DNA of 46,008 bases from an uncultured Candidatus Saccharibacteria bacterium (GCA_964535385.1 CAZHSY010000002.1:72939-118946); one strand, 5' to 3'; positions 16,661-26,382 are shown, counted from the stretch's first letter. The notes: generated by a model not told the origin, from the letters alone. Numbers and translations are program-made.

Positions 16661-17784
16661 GCACCCGATCCAGATTGATGTTTGACGTGCTGCTGACCCT
16701 CTCGTTGTCTGGCTACACTGAGAATCAATCCAACTGCCACCATCGACATAATCATGCTCGTACCACCAGCTGACACGAATGGCAAAGGGATACCCGTAAC
16801 CGGCATAATTCCCATGTTCATCCCGACATTGATCAAAACGTGAAAGAGCAACATACTCCCTACACCAATACACAGGAAGGCGCCAAATCGATCGACTGCC
16901 TGAGTACTTAAGACAAAAATTCGGCCGATCAGGATTGCAAATAATATAATCAACAAGCAACCACCCACAAAGCCAAGCTTCTCAGCCAAAACCGCAAAAA
17001 TAAAATCCGTATGCTGTGATGGCAAGAAGTTCAGCTGACTCTGGCTGCCAGCCGAGAGACCACGACCAAACCAACCACCACTACCAACGGCAATAATAGA
17101 TTGGGTGACGTTATAGCCAATCCCCAATTTGTCGGCCTGAGGGTTAAGCAGAACCTGCAAACGATTGCGTTGATAGGGAGCTAAGAGTCCATAAATAATT
17201 GGCAAACTAACCGCCCCCAAGACAACTCCACCGACTAAATAACGTCGCTTAACCCTCGAGGCCAGTGTCATGGCTAGCCAGATTGCCAAGAAAACCAGTC
17301 CAGTCCCTAAGTCTGGCTGTGTGATTACGAGAAAAAGCGGCGGCAAGAGCAGAGCTAGCGAGCCGCCAAGGTATCGAAGTCTATGAGAATCGCTGTAAAC
17401 CCGAGCATAGTAAGCGGCAAGCACCAAGATCAATAGAAGCTTCGAGAATTCCGAAGGCTGAAATTGAAAGAAGCCTATATTAATCCAGCGCTGAGCCCCC
17501 AAGGCCGACGTACCCATCACCTCCACCGCCGCTAAACTCCCGAGCATTAGGATGTAGAAAACAGGCGCATAACTCTTCCAGAGGCGATAATCCAAGCGCG
17601 CCATAACCAATAGTACTGCCCCACCAGCCACGGCATAGATGAACTGACGAGTCGAGTCGATCTGACTCGTCACCTCACCAGCTTTAATGCCTGATGAATA
17701 TAAAACCAAGAGCCCCAAAGCCACAATCAGCATGGTTGGAACAAGTATTAACCAGTCAACTCGCCAGCTAGCCCTCCGCGCCAT
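16657..17784 (-). CDS. SEDS-family peptidoglycan glycosyltransferase (RodA/FtsW)
   Basis: About 10 TM segments with the FtsW/RodA/SpoVE signatures QPSEFSKL, LPSQHTDFIFA and TGIPLPFVSAGGTS. Confidence 0.9.
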   Translation of the reverse strand: MARRASWRVDWLILVPTMLIVALGLLVLYSSGIKAGEVTSQIDSTRQFIYAVAGGAVLLVMARLDYRLWKSYAPVFYILMLGSLAAVEVMGTSALGAQRWINIGFFQFQPSEFSKLLLILVLAAYYARVYSDSHRLRYLGGSLALLLPPLFLVITQPDLGTGLVFLAIWLAMTLASRVKRRYLVGGVVLGAVSLPIIYGLLAPYQRNRLQVLLNPQADKLGIGYNVTQSIIAVGSGGWFGRGLSAGSQSQLNFLPSQHTDFIFAVLAEKLGFVGGCLLIILFAILIGRIFVLSTQAVDRFGAFLCIGVGSMLLFHVLINVGMNMGIMPVTGIPLPFVSAGGTSMIMSMVAVGLILSVARQREGQQHVKHQSGSGA

Positions 17785-17790
17785 CCGCTA

Positions 17791-20673
17791 CTACTTTCCG
17801 GCTTTTTTTAGACGTAAGCTCAACGTTTCTCCAGCTAGTTGGATATCTGTCGTAAAGGTCGGATCACTCACACCGCCAAGCTGAGTGGCTAGTGTTTCCT
17901 GCTTGATTAGATCCCCGAAGGCCTGTATGGCCATCTCAAGCATCTCTCCACCAGATAGCTCTAGAGTAATTCGATCGTCCACCATTAAGCCAGCTGCCTT
18001 ACGAGCCGACTGGACGTGACGGATAATATCCCGCACCAGTCCTTCTTGACGGAGTTCTGCGCTGAGCGTTGTATTCAACTCACACAGTGCCTTATCTGGG
18101 GCTGGTTTTGTGAGCTTTACATGCTTTACATTCACCTCTTCCATAATTATGTCCGTAAACGGCTTCATGCCATCGCCAGCAAAGACCTCTAGAGTTTCGA
18201 GTGGCTGACGCACCTTCACACCAGCTTGAGCTCGCTGAGCTAGGGCTTCGGTAATAATCGTTCGAGCGGTGGCCATAGTCTCAAGCAAAGTCAGAGCTGA
18301 TTCATCGAGAGTTTCAGCGGTTGGCCAGTCAGATAAGTGCACAGAGACGGGTAATTGCGCCTTATCAATCACAGCCTGCCAGATCTCTTCGCTCACAAGT
18401 GGCGCCCAGGGAGCCATGAGCTGACTAGTGCGGGCTAAGACGTACTGCAATGTCGCATAGGCCTGAACTTTATCACTGTCATCCTCCGTCTTCCAGAAAC
18501 GACGGCGGCTACGGCGGACATACCAATTCGAAAGATCATCGAGGAACTCTGTAATCGCCCGACAAGCACGCGGCGTATCGTAAGCTTCAGCTCCCTCTGT
18601 AACCTGTTGTATAGTCTGATTAAGCCGAGCTACGATCCAACGGTCCAAGATCTGAGTACTTTTTAGTTCTTCCAAAGTTGCCAATGGCTTCACACTATCT
18701 AGCTCAGCATAGGTTGCATAAAAACTGTGTACGTTCTTGAATCTTGCGATCACATTGCGCTGTGCTTCCAAGAGTGAGCGCTGATCATATGAAGCAGTTT
18801 CGCCACTCACAAGCGGGGTCGAAAGCAAATAAAATCGAATTGCATCAGCACCAAATTGATTAAATGTTTCCGTATTTTCCGGATAGTTGCCGAGCCGCTT
18901 TGAGAGTTTACGACCATCACTACCCAGCAGGATGCCATGGGCTACAGCGTTTTTAAAGGCTGGTCGATCAAACAATGCCACGCTCATGATATGAAGGGTG
19001 TAAAACCAGCCGCGCGTCTGGCCAACATACTCGGTAATAAAATCGGCCGGATGAGTAGCCTCAAATAATTCTTTGTTCTCAAAAGGATAATGTAATTGTG
19101 CAAACGGCATACTCCCAGACTCAAACCAACAATCAAAGACAGCGTCAATCCGACGAGCAATTTTACCATCAGCTGTCTTTAGCTCAACAGCGTCAATATG
19201 TGGCCGATGCAAATCTGTTACTAGATCCGGATTAACAGCTTGCTCTCGAATCTCTTGCAAAGACCCGCAGACAATCAGTTCGCCATCGTCCGTTTTCCAG
19301 ACAGGAAGGGGGGCGCCCCAAAAACGATTGCGACTAATATTCCATTCTCGAGCGTTCTCCAGCCATTTCCCGAAAGCTCCATCTTTCACATGAGCTGGAT
19401 ACCAATTAATCTCCTGGTTCTTTTCTAAAAGACGCTGCTTAATTTTTGGCACATCAACAAACCAAGCACTCATGGCGCGATAGATAATTGGTACATCCGT
19501 GCGCCAACAATGCGGGTACTTATGGGTCACCAGAGCCTTTGCAAACAACACCTGTCGTTTTTCTAAGTCAGCTACGATTTCATTATTGGCGTCAAAAACT
19601 AATCGGCCAACATAGTCCTTTACTTCAGCAGTATAGCGACCTTCGTCATCTACTGGGCTCACAATCGGTACACCCTCTTGCTTACCAAGCCAATAGTCAT
19701 CTTCACCATGGCCAGGCGCAATGTGCACAACGCCCGTACCCTCCCCTGCTTGTACGAAATCAGCCGAAACGACCCGGAAGGCATTCTCAGAGCCTACATA
19801 GTATGGGAAGAGTGGTTCATACGTCAGACCAACCAATTCCGCGCCAGCAAAGCGACGCTGCTCAGTTACTCCACGCAACTCACTGGCATAGCGCTCGAGC
19901 GCTTCGGCTGCCAAAATCAAAATCGCCTCACCTTGCTTCACCTCAACGTACTCCAAATCACTGCTCACAGCTAGTAATAAATTGGCTGGCAGTGTCCAAG
20001 GTGTTGTTGTCCAGCCAAGCAAGGAACGGCCATCAGCTAATGGAAACTTCAATGTAGCCGTAAGATCTTCTCGATCACGCATACTATCATCCAGACGAGT
20101 TTCGGAGTTACTCAGAGATGTCTGCGCACCATAACTATAGGGCACGACCCGCTCACCCTCGTAAATCAAATCCTTCTTATAGAGCTCTGCAAAGGCCCAT
20201 ATGACTGACTCCATATAATCAGGATCCATCGTCCGATAATCATCGGCAAAATCCACCCAACGACCGATCCGCGTCACATAATCATGCCACTCATTCGTAA
20301 AACGCAAGACCGAGTCACGACAGTATCCAACAAACTTCTCTATGCCGTATTCTTGGATAGCCTTCTTGCCAGATATGCCAAGTTCTTTCTCGGCCAAGAG
20401 TTCAGGAGGCAAGCCGTGACAATCCCAACCAAAACGACGCGGTACATAATACCCGCGCATTGTTTGATACCGCGTTACCGCGTCTTTTAGCGTTGAGGTA
20501 AGCATATGCCCGAGATGCGGCAAGCCATTCGCAAACGGTGGTCCATCATAAAACACAAATCGATCCGCCCCAGCACGATGCTGGAGAGAGTCTTCAAAGG
20601 TCTTATGTTTCGCCCATGACTGTAGAGTCGCCTCTTCGGCCTGAGCAAGCGCGGATTTTTGCTGTTCTGACAT
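17791..20673 (-). CDS. ileS: isoleucyl-tRNA synthetase, type 2 (eukaryote/archaeal-like)
   Basis: PPFANGLPHLGHML (HIGH) and KLSKRLGNYP (KMSKS with the NYP context typical of type-2 IleRS). ATG 20673 preferred; TACAAT at 20681-20686 lies 7 nt upstream. Confidence 0.93.
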   Translation of the reverse strand: MSEQQKSALAQAEEATLQSWAKHKTFEDSLQHRAGADRFVFYDGPPFANGLPHLGHMLTSTLKDAVTRYQTMRGYYVPRRFGWDCHGLPPELLAEKELGISGKKAIQEYGIEKFVGYCRDSVLRFTNEWHDYVTRIGRWVDFADDYRTMDPDYMESVIWAFAELYKKDLIYEGERVVPYSYGAQTSLSNSETRLDDSMRDREDLTATLKFPLADGRSLLGWTTTPWTLPANLLLAVSSDLEYVEVKQGEAILILAAEALERYASELRGVTEQRRFAGAELVGLTYEPLFPYYVGSENAFRVVSADFVQAGEGTGVVHIAPGHGEDDYWLGKQEGVPIVSPVDDEGRYTAEVKDYVGRLVFDANNEIVADLEKRQVLFAKALVTHKYPHCWRTDVPIIYRAMSAWFVDVPKIKQRLLEKNQEINWYPAHVKDGAFGKWLENAREWNISRNRFWGAPLPVWKTDDGELIVCGSLQEIREQAVNPDLVTDLHRPHIDAVELKTADGKIARRIDAVFDCWFESGSMPFAQLHYPFENKELFEATHPADFITEYVGQTRGWFYTLHIMSVALFDRPAFKNAVAHGILLGSDGRKLSKRLGNYPENTETFNQFGADAIRFYLLSTPLVSGETASYDQRSLLEAQRNVIARFKNVHSFYATYAELDSVKPLATLEELKSTQILDRWIVARLNQTIQQVTEGAEAYDTPRACRAITEFLDDLSNWYVRRSRRRFWKTEDDSDKVQAYATLQYVLARTSQLMAPWAPLVSEEIWQAVIDKAQLPVSVHLSDWPTAETLDESALTLLETMATARTIITEALAQRAQAGVKVRQPLETLEVFAGDGMKPFTDIIMEEVNVKHVKLTKPAPDKALCELNTTLSAELRQEGLVRDIIRHVQSARKAAGLMVDDRITLELSGGEMLEMAIQAFGDLIKQETLATQLGGVSDPTFTTDIQLAGETLSLRLKKAGK

Positions 20674-20716
20674 AGCTGCTATTGTACCGCGCAACAGGTT
20701 ACACGGCAAGGTAAGA

Positions 20717-20974
20717 CTAGATAAATAGACCAGCTACTTCGTCATAGCTTGGTAGACTAAACTGCCAGAGCTTGAGCGCCCGACCATCATCATCGATCAG
20801 CACAAAGGCTGGAGTTTGCACAATGTCATAGACCTCCATTGCACCAATATCATCTCGAGTGGTCGTACCGCGTTGTTCGACCGTCCAACCATTAATCCGA
20901 CAGCGCTCCAAGAGGTGCCGAAAAGACCGCTGCTGACCATAGGCTGACGGCTGACCAAAAACTAACAACTTCAT
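20717..20974 (-). CDS. small thioredoxin/glutaredoxin-fold-like protein lacking the CxxC motif (tentative)
   Basis: The pattern KLLVFGQPSAYGQQ...(helix)...VQTPAFVLIDDDG...LW...YDEV resembles a Grx/NrdH-like fold with SAYG where CxxC normally sits. ATG 20974 is preferred over TTG 20998. Confidence 0.35.
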   Translation of the reverse strand: MKLLVFGQPSAYGQQRSFRHLLERCRINGWTVEQRGTTTRDDIGAMEVYDIVQTPAFVLIDDDGRALKLWQFSLPSYDEVAGLFI

Positions 20975-21053
20975 AAGAACTAGCCTACTCTTTTTCAAGT
21001 AAACTGGCTATGCTTAGAATTCAAACCTCAAATAACGAAACTCATTTTCAGGA

Positions 21054-21524
21054 TCATGTTTGCGACTCTTGCTGTGCCTCACGTAGATCAGTAACGGCTT
21101 TTTGGAAGCTCTCGAGTGAGCCGAAGCTCTGATAGACACTAGCAAACCGCACGTAGGCTACTTCATCCAGCTGTGCTAAGCTCTCAATCACGAGCTGACC
21201 AATCACCTGGCTCGGTATCTCGTCCTCATTCCGAGCGTAGACTTGGCGCTCTATCTGACTAATCGACTCTTCGAGCCTAATAGCCGGTATTGGTCGCTTC
21301 TCGCAGGCCTTATAGATACCGTGAGCAACCTTGTCACGATCAAACAGCTCTCGTTCACCGGACTTCTTCACCACCAAAAGACGCGGTCGCTCGATCCGCT
21401 CATAGGTCGTAAATCGATGTCCACAGTGCGTACACTCTCGGCGTCGGCGAATAGCCGAATCGTCTTGAGCCTCGCGCGACTCGATCACGCGGCTCTCAGC
21501 CCGCCCACACTGCGAACATTTCAT
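21054..21524 (-). CDS. nrdR: transcriptional repressor NrdR (Zn-ribbon plus ATP-cone)
   Basis: MKCSQCG...RRRRECTHCGHRFTTYE, then an ATP-cone region. Confidence 0.95.
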   Translation of the reverse strand: MKCSQCGRAESRVIESREAQDDSAIRRRRECTHCGHRFTTYERIERPRLLVVKKSGERELFDRDKVAHGIYKACEKRPIPAIRLEESISQIERQVYARNEDEIPSQVIGQLVIESLAQLDEVAYVRFASVYQSFGSLESFQKAVTDLREAQQESQT

Positions 21525-21544
21525 ACCTGAAGCCTCCTTACGGC

Positions 21545-23152
21545 CTATTCGGCTTTATTAGTAATTGAGGCCCCGTCGTCTATCTGGGAGCGCTTAACGG
21601 ATTGACCGCGCCGCAAGAATGCTGGCTCTTCATAATCATCGTCAGTTTCTTCATACGGCGTCGATAGGGTTTGGACAATCGGCTTCTCTTGTACGCGTAC
21701 AGCCTGCTTCTCTTCCTCATGCGGAAGATCGTCCTCAAAGGGCAGCTCATTCATGGTGTTAACTGGGAGCTCCTCAATGCTTCGACGTTCAATAGTGGTC
21801 TCGGTAATAGTTTCATCAACGATCTCTATCGGACGAGTCTTAGTTTCGGGTTCGGCCTTCACCATCGGCTCAACGTGCGATAATACATCCTCACGCACTC
21901 GAGGGCCCGAAGCTACGAAGGGGTCATGTGCGGGTTGTTCCTCAATCACATTGGAGATGTCCGGTTCTCGACGAATCTCGCGGGGGTCTGCAGCTATCTG
22001 TTCTTCATGCATTACTGACTGGCGTACTGATTCAGTCCGAGTATAGACCTGTGATTGCGGTCGCAGTTGGGACTGCGATTGTGGTTGCGGTTGTGTTTGT
22101 TGTTGGGCTGCACGATCGGACTCCTCCTCGAGCTCGCCGACTGAGCGCTGAAAAAGCTGGCTTGTCCCCGAAAAATGCATATTCGAGCGATTGCCGGTAT
22201 CGGCATCAAAGCCAGTCGCCACCAGGGTAACTTTGATTTCATTATTACTGTTCTCGTCCATAACCATTCCCCAAATGATATTGGCTTCAGGGTCAACCGA
22301 GTCGTGAACCAACTTAGCAGCCTCTTCAATCTCGTGCATACCCATATCCCGACCACCAGTAAAATTAATCAACACGCCTTTGGCGCCCTGAATTGAGACC
22401 TCTAGGAGTGGGCTATCGATGGCTTGTTTGACAGCTTCAACGGCGCGATTATCACCACTACCCAAACCGATCCCCATCAGAGCGGAGCCAGCTTCGCGCA
22501 TAATGGACTCAACATCGGCAAAATCTAGGTTCACCAGACCATTTACAGTGATGAGGTCAGAGATACCCTGCACGCCCTGACGCAAAATGTCGTCTACTGT
22601 AGCGAAGGCATCTAGGAGTGATGTCTTGCGATCAATGATCTGCAGAATACGATCATTGGGAATAACGATCAAGGTATCAACTTTTTCTTTGAGAGCAGCA
22701 ATACCTTCATCGGCTAACTTGCGGCGGCGTTCGCCTTCAAACTTAAAGGGTCGAGTCACAATGCCGACCGTCAAAGCGCCAATATCGCGGGCGATTTGCG
22801 CCACTACTGGGGCAGCCCCCGTACCAGTGCCTCCACCTTCACCAGTAGTAATAAAAACCATTTCCGAGTTTTTCAAGGCGGCATAAATGTCAGCCTCATT
22901 CTCTTCAGCCGCCTGGCGCCCAATATCAGGATCTGCACCGGCTCCGAGGCCACGAGTCGTTTCTTTCCCGATATGAATCTTCTTGCTAGCCTGGCTGTAA
23001 TGTAGCGCCTGCGCATCAGTATTAATTGCGATAAATTCAATACCGCGGATCTTGGACTGAATCATGCGGTTGAGCGAGTTACCGCCACCGCCTCCCATAC
23101 CGACTACCTTGATACGGGCAAAGGCTTCAATTTCTGGACTAATCTCGGCCAT
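21545..23152 (-). CDS. ftsZ: cell division GTPase FtsZ with a long (about 190 aa) acidic/Gln-Pro-rich C-terminal linker
   Basis: [13 protein letters not shown] and [14 protein letters not shown]-terminal peptide EEPAFLRRG. Strong GGAGGGGAGAGG SD. Confidence 0.97.
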   Translation of the reverse strand: MAEISPEIEAFARIKVVGMGGGGGNSLNRMIQSKIRGIEFIAINTDAQALHYSQASKKIHIGKETTRGLGAGADPDIGRQAAEENEADIYAALKNSEMVFITTGEGGGTGTGAAPVVAQIARDIGALTVGIVTRPFKFEGERRRKLADEGIAALKEKVDTLIVIPNDRILQIIDRKTSLLDAFATVDDILRQGVQGISDLITVNGLVNLDFADVESIMREAGSALMGIGLGSGDNRAVEAVKQAIDSPLLEVSIQGAKGVLINFTGGRDMGMHEIEEAAKLVHDSVDPEANIIWGMVMDENSNNEIKVTLVATGFDADTGNRSNMHFSGTSQLFQRSVGELEEESDRAAQQQTQPQPQSQSQLRPQSQVYTRTESVRQSVMHEEQIAADPREIRREPDISNVIEEQPAHDPFVASGPRVREDVLSHVEPMVKAEPETKTRPIEIVDETITETTIERRSIEELPVNTMNELPFEDDLPHEEEKQAVRVQEKPIVQTLSTPYEETDDDYEEPAFLRRGQSVKRSQIDDGASITNKAE

Positions 23153-23282
23153 GTCTCACCCTCTCCCCTCCAGAGCTTATCGCTCGTTTTAGATTACAGA
23201 GGACTCTCGTCCTATTAGTGACTGGCTCCCACGATCCAGTCCTTGCAACACACATATATTAACCAAAAACATTTGTACCCTG

Positions 23283-23312
23283 AGTATAAAGAATGTATAC
23301 ACCCAAAGTCAA
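23283..23312 (-). promoter_or_regulatory. candidate ftsZ promoter TTGACT-18 nt-TATACT
   Basis: Minus-strand TTGACT (23307-23312) and TATACT (23283-23288) in the 243-nt ftsA-ftsZ spacer. Confidence 0.4.
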
Positions 23313-23333
23313 ATTTAGTGTTCGTTTATTTTT

Positions 23334-23365
23334 GAAGAAAATTTTGAGTCTTTTTACTACTCAAA
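23334..23365 (-). terminator. hairpin plus U-rich tract just downstream of ftsA (terminator/attenuator candidate)
   Basis: On the minus strand, TTTGAGT/ACTCAAA form a 7-bp stem (23343-23349/23359-23365) followed by ATTTTCTTC. Confidence 0.4.
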
Positions 23366-23395
23366 TGACTGAACTATTTTATAGCTCAAGAACGC

Positions 23396-24631
23396 TTAGC
23401 GACGATTAAACAGACCACGCGTGAAGGCTTGGACTCGGGTAAAAGCCTCGCCAATCCGATCGTTAATGCGCCCCCCATGATGTGGTCGTTCCATGTCTTC
23501 GAAGAGAAGGCCAATTGCCGTACTGTAAGCTGGGTCTTTGACCCGATCAACAATACCGGTAAAGCCCTTGGGCACCCCCATCTCGACAGGGATATTCAGA
23601 CGCTCTTCAAGAAAGTCAGCCAAGCCATCAAGCTTAGCACCACCACCAGTGAGAACCATACCATTAGCGAGCATCTTATCCTTGCCGGCACGCTCTAGCT
23701 CGGTTTGGATTAACGCGCAAAGCTCTTCTAGGCGTGATGAAACAATTACATCGAGCTCATGACGGAAGAGAGTACCACGGGCACCAATCTTCTCGAGATC
23801 GAGTTTGGTCGCATCCTTAGCCTGCGGTTCGCGAGCACCAGCAAATTCAAGTTTAATCTTCTCAGCCACATCAATGGTCGTCCGTAAGCCATAAACAATA
23901 TCCTTAGTGATGTGATTCGAGCCAACTGGAATAATTCCACTAAAGCTCACCTTGCCCTCTTCGTATACAGCAATTCCAGTAGTCTCAGCACCAATGTCGA
24001 GCAGAGCTACGCCAAGTTCCTTCTGGCGCTTGGTTAGTACTGAACGAGCGGCTGCCAATGGAGCGACAACATAGTTATTAGCGCTAATACCAGCTCGATG
24101 GATGGCATCCCCCAGATTCTTCATGGCTGGTACTGAAGCCGTAATAATATGAGTATCAATCTCAAGACGCACACCATTCATACCGTAAGGGTCGGCAATG
24201 TTACCCTGGCCATCTACCGTATAGCTGCGTGGGATAACTCGCAAAATCTCACGATTACTTTCCAGCGATAAGGCGGCAGCAGCCTCTTCGGCTCGTACCA
24301 TATCTTCTCGGCTAATTTGTTTATCAGCTCGACTAACCGCAATCACCCCTCGAGAGTTTAAGCTCTGAATCTGACTCCCATCAACCGATACAGTGGCCTG
24401 TTCGATAACCGTACCACTCATGCGCTCGGCCTCTTCAAGCGCGGCCGTTAGGGCGCTGACCGTTTCCTCGATGTCGATTACAACGCCGCGGCGCAAGCCA
24501 CTAGTTAGTGCTACCCCGAAGCCAATAATGGATACATCAGGGTTATCTGGTTGAGCAACGCCGACTACACAGACTACCTTACTGGTAGCGATGTCTAGTC
24601 CGACATATGTAGCTTCGTGTTTTGCAGCCAT
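23396..24631 (-). CDS. ftsA: cell division protein FtsA
   Basis: Actin-fold motifs VGLDIATSKV and LLDIGAETTGIAV. C-terminal amphipathic tail. GGAGGGGT SD. Confidence 0.94.
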   Translation of the reverse strand: MAAKHEATYVGLDIATSKVVCVVGVAQPDNPDVSIIGFGVALTSGLRRGVVIDIEETVSALTAALEEAERMSGTVIEQATVSVDGSQIQSLNSRGVIAVSRADKQISREDMVRAEEAAAALSLESNREILRVIPRSYTVDGQGNIADPYGMNGVRLEIDTHIITASVPAMKNLGDAIHRAGISANNYVVAPLAAARSVLTKRQKELGVALLDIGAETTGIAVYEEGKVSFSGIIPVGSNHITKDIVYGLRTTIDVAEKIKLEFAGAREPQAKDATKLDLEKIGARGTLFRHELDVIVSSRLEELCALIQTELERAGKDKMLANGMVLTGGGAKLDGLADFLEERLNIPVEMGVPKGFTGIVDRVKDPAYSTAIGLLFEDMERPHHGGRINDRIGEAFTRVQAFTRGLFNRR

Positions 24632-24728
24632 ACCCCTCCATATATTACGTGTTCACAAAAATTGTATATCAGTATGTTCAAAGAGTGCAAATATTTTGTA
24701 CGTTTAAATATCGAACTACTTATGTATA

Positions 24729-25487
24729 CTATACCTTCGTAATAATCTCAGCTCCATCTTGTGTTACCAGGACAGTATGTTCAAATTGAGCCGCTAAAGA
24801 ACCATCTTTTGTAATCCAAGTCCAGCCGTTATCAGCTAGATACATCTCATGAGAACCCAGGCTCACATTAGGCTCCAGGGCCACTGTCATTCCTGCCTGC
24901 AAGCGTTCGCCGGTTCCTGGCGTTCCAAAATTTGCGATTGTTGGATCCTCGTGAACCTGGTGACCAACACCGTGGCCACATAACTCATACACTACTGCCA
25001 GCTGGTAGCGGTCTAGTGTCGTCTCGACGGCGGCACCGATATCGCCCAGTCGCGCCCCATCACGTACGGTGGCGATAGCTGCATCGAGAGCCTTCTTCGT
25101 GCCAGTCAGGAGCCGCTTCTGATCGGCAGTCTCTGGGCCCAAAATAAAACTCACACCGGCATCAGTGATCATGCCGTTATACCGTACTCCAAAATCGAGA
25201 TGTACGAGATCACCCTCCTCAAGTACACGCTCATTCGGAATACCGTGGGCGATCTCTTCATTAATAGAAATGCAGATTGTAGCTGGAAAGCCCTGGTAAT
25301 CCAAGAAGGCAGCTTGAGCTTGATGCTTATCAAGTAAAGTCCGTGCCTGCTGGTCGATAGCCTGTGTCGAAATACCGATCTTGGTTGATGCCTTCAGCTC
25401 AGCCAAGATCGTAGCTAGGATCTTGCCTGACTGGCGCATGTCAATGAGTTCCTGATGGGTTTTAATCTGTGTCCGCACTGGTTTCAA
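24729..25487 (-). CDS. map: methionine aminopeptidase, type I
   Basis: Metal ligands in AHGIP...GDLVHLDFG...DAG...GHGVGHQVHE...ALEP...EHTV. TTG 25487 or GTG 25478 start; either overlaps the adk end. Confidence 0.92.
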   Translation of the reverse strand: MKPVRTQIKTHQELIDMRQSGKILATILAELKASTKIGISTQAIDQQARTLLDKHQAQAAFLDYQGFPATICISINEEIAHGIPNERVLEEGDLVHLDFGVRYNGMITDAGVSFILGPETADQKRLLTGTKKALDAAIATVRDGARLGDIGAAVETTLDRYQLAVVYELCGHGVGHQVHEDPTIANFGTPGTGERLQAGMTVALEPNVSLGSHEMYLADNGWTWITKDGSLAAQFEHTVLVTQDGAEIITKV

Positions 25488-26019
25488 TTACTCCACTAGT
25501 TATTATTCGTTGATAAACGGTTTCTACACTACCAGCCCCATCGACTTGATAAAACGGGATGTGCCGAGCAAGCTGAGCGACAACTGGTTCGGTGTGCTGA
25601 TGGTAGATCTCCAGTCGGTGCGCTAAGCTCTGAGGTTTATCGTCAGGTCGACCGCGAGCCTGCAGACGTTGACTGACTGCTGACTCATCGAGTTTAAGCT
25701 GCAAGAGCACTACTCGAGTTGTAGGGTGACCCTGACACCACTCGATAAACCAGTCAACCTGAGCTTCCTCTCGTGGTGCTCCATCAAGAATACCGCGCCC
25801 AGCCTGATGTGTCTCCAAGAATTCAAAGATCATTTCTTTCACCAGGCTACTGGGAGCCAGCTCACCACTCCCAAGAAGTTGAGCCAGCTCTATGTCATTC
25901 TGGGCTCGGGCTCGTAGCTTGGCGCCGAGGCTAAAGATCTCAAAATCTTCTCGCTCGGCCAAGAGCTGTGACTGTGTGCCCTTACCACTCCCTGGTGGCC
26001 CAGTAAAAAGTATAATCAT
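25462..26019 (-). CDS. adk: adenylate kinase (short-lid type)
   Basis: P-loop GPPGSGKGTQSQLLA. Confidence 0.88.
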   Translation of the reverse strand: MIILFTGPPGSGKGTQSQLLAEREDFEIFSLGAKLRARAQNDIELAQLLGSGELAPSSLVKEMIFEFLETHQAGRGILDGAPREEAQVDWFIEWCQGHPTTRVVLLQLKLDESAVSQRLQARGRPDDKPQSLAHRLEIYHQHTEPVVAQLARHIPFYQVDGAGSVETVYQRIITSGVIETSADTD

Positions 26020-26382
26020 TTAACTCGTCACTATTATGTGCCAGAATGAGGGGCCAAAGATACAAGCAGCTACCAGCACCGCGGTCGAGGCTGTCACCAA
26101 CACACCACCAGCTGCCATGTTCTTAACCAGTTTCACAACCTGATTATTTTCGGTGGCTATAAGATCAAGCGTCCGCTCCAGAGCCGTATTGACAACTTCG
26201 GCGAAGAAAACCAAGCCTATTGTGGTAATCACGAGCGCCGCTTGCGACCAAGGAATGTGCAAGACAATACTCAAGATCACGGCAGCTATACCAAAAACCA
26301 TATGAATTCGAGCGTTACGCTCACGACTAACCACGGCTTGTAGGCCTTTGGTGGCATTTCGAAAACTTGCTAGACTAACCAT
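26020..26382 (-). CDS. dgkA: diacylglycerol/undecaprenol kinase (DgkA family)
   Basis: Three TM segments with RNARIH...EVVNTALE, typical of prokaryotic DAGK. Confidence 0.82.
   Translation of the reverse strand: MVSLASFRNATKGLQAVVSRERNARIHMVFGIAAVILSIVLHIPWSQAALVITTIGLVFFAEVVNTALERTLDLIATENNQVVKLVKNMAAGGVLVTASTAVLVAACIFGPSFWHIIVTS

Noticed and set aside
16661-16960. N-terminal 100-aa extension of the nuclease ORF (ORF 16076..16960)
   Set aside because: It overlaps rodA by 300 nt in another frame and has Trp/Cys/Tyr-rich nonsense-like composition. The internal ATG 16660 gives a signal peptide and a clean ATGA junction with the rodA stop.
21671-23005. Multiple 69-114-aa ORFs on both strands within ftsZ (for example 22012..22356 and 22587..22886)
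   Set aside because: They lie entirely inside, or antisense to, a high-confidence conserved gene. Their composition is typical of out-of-frame reads, and they have no start context.
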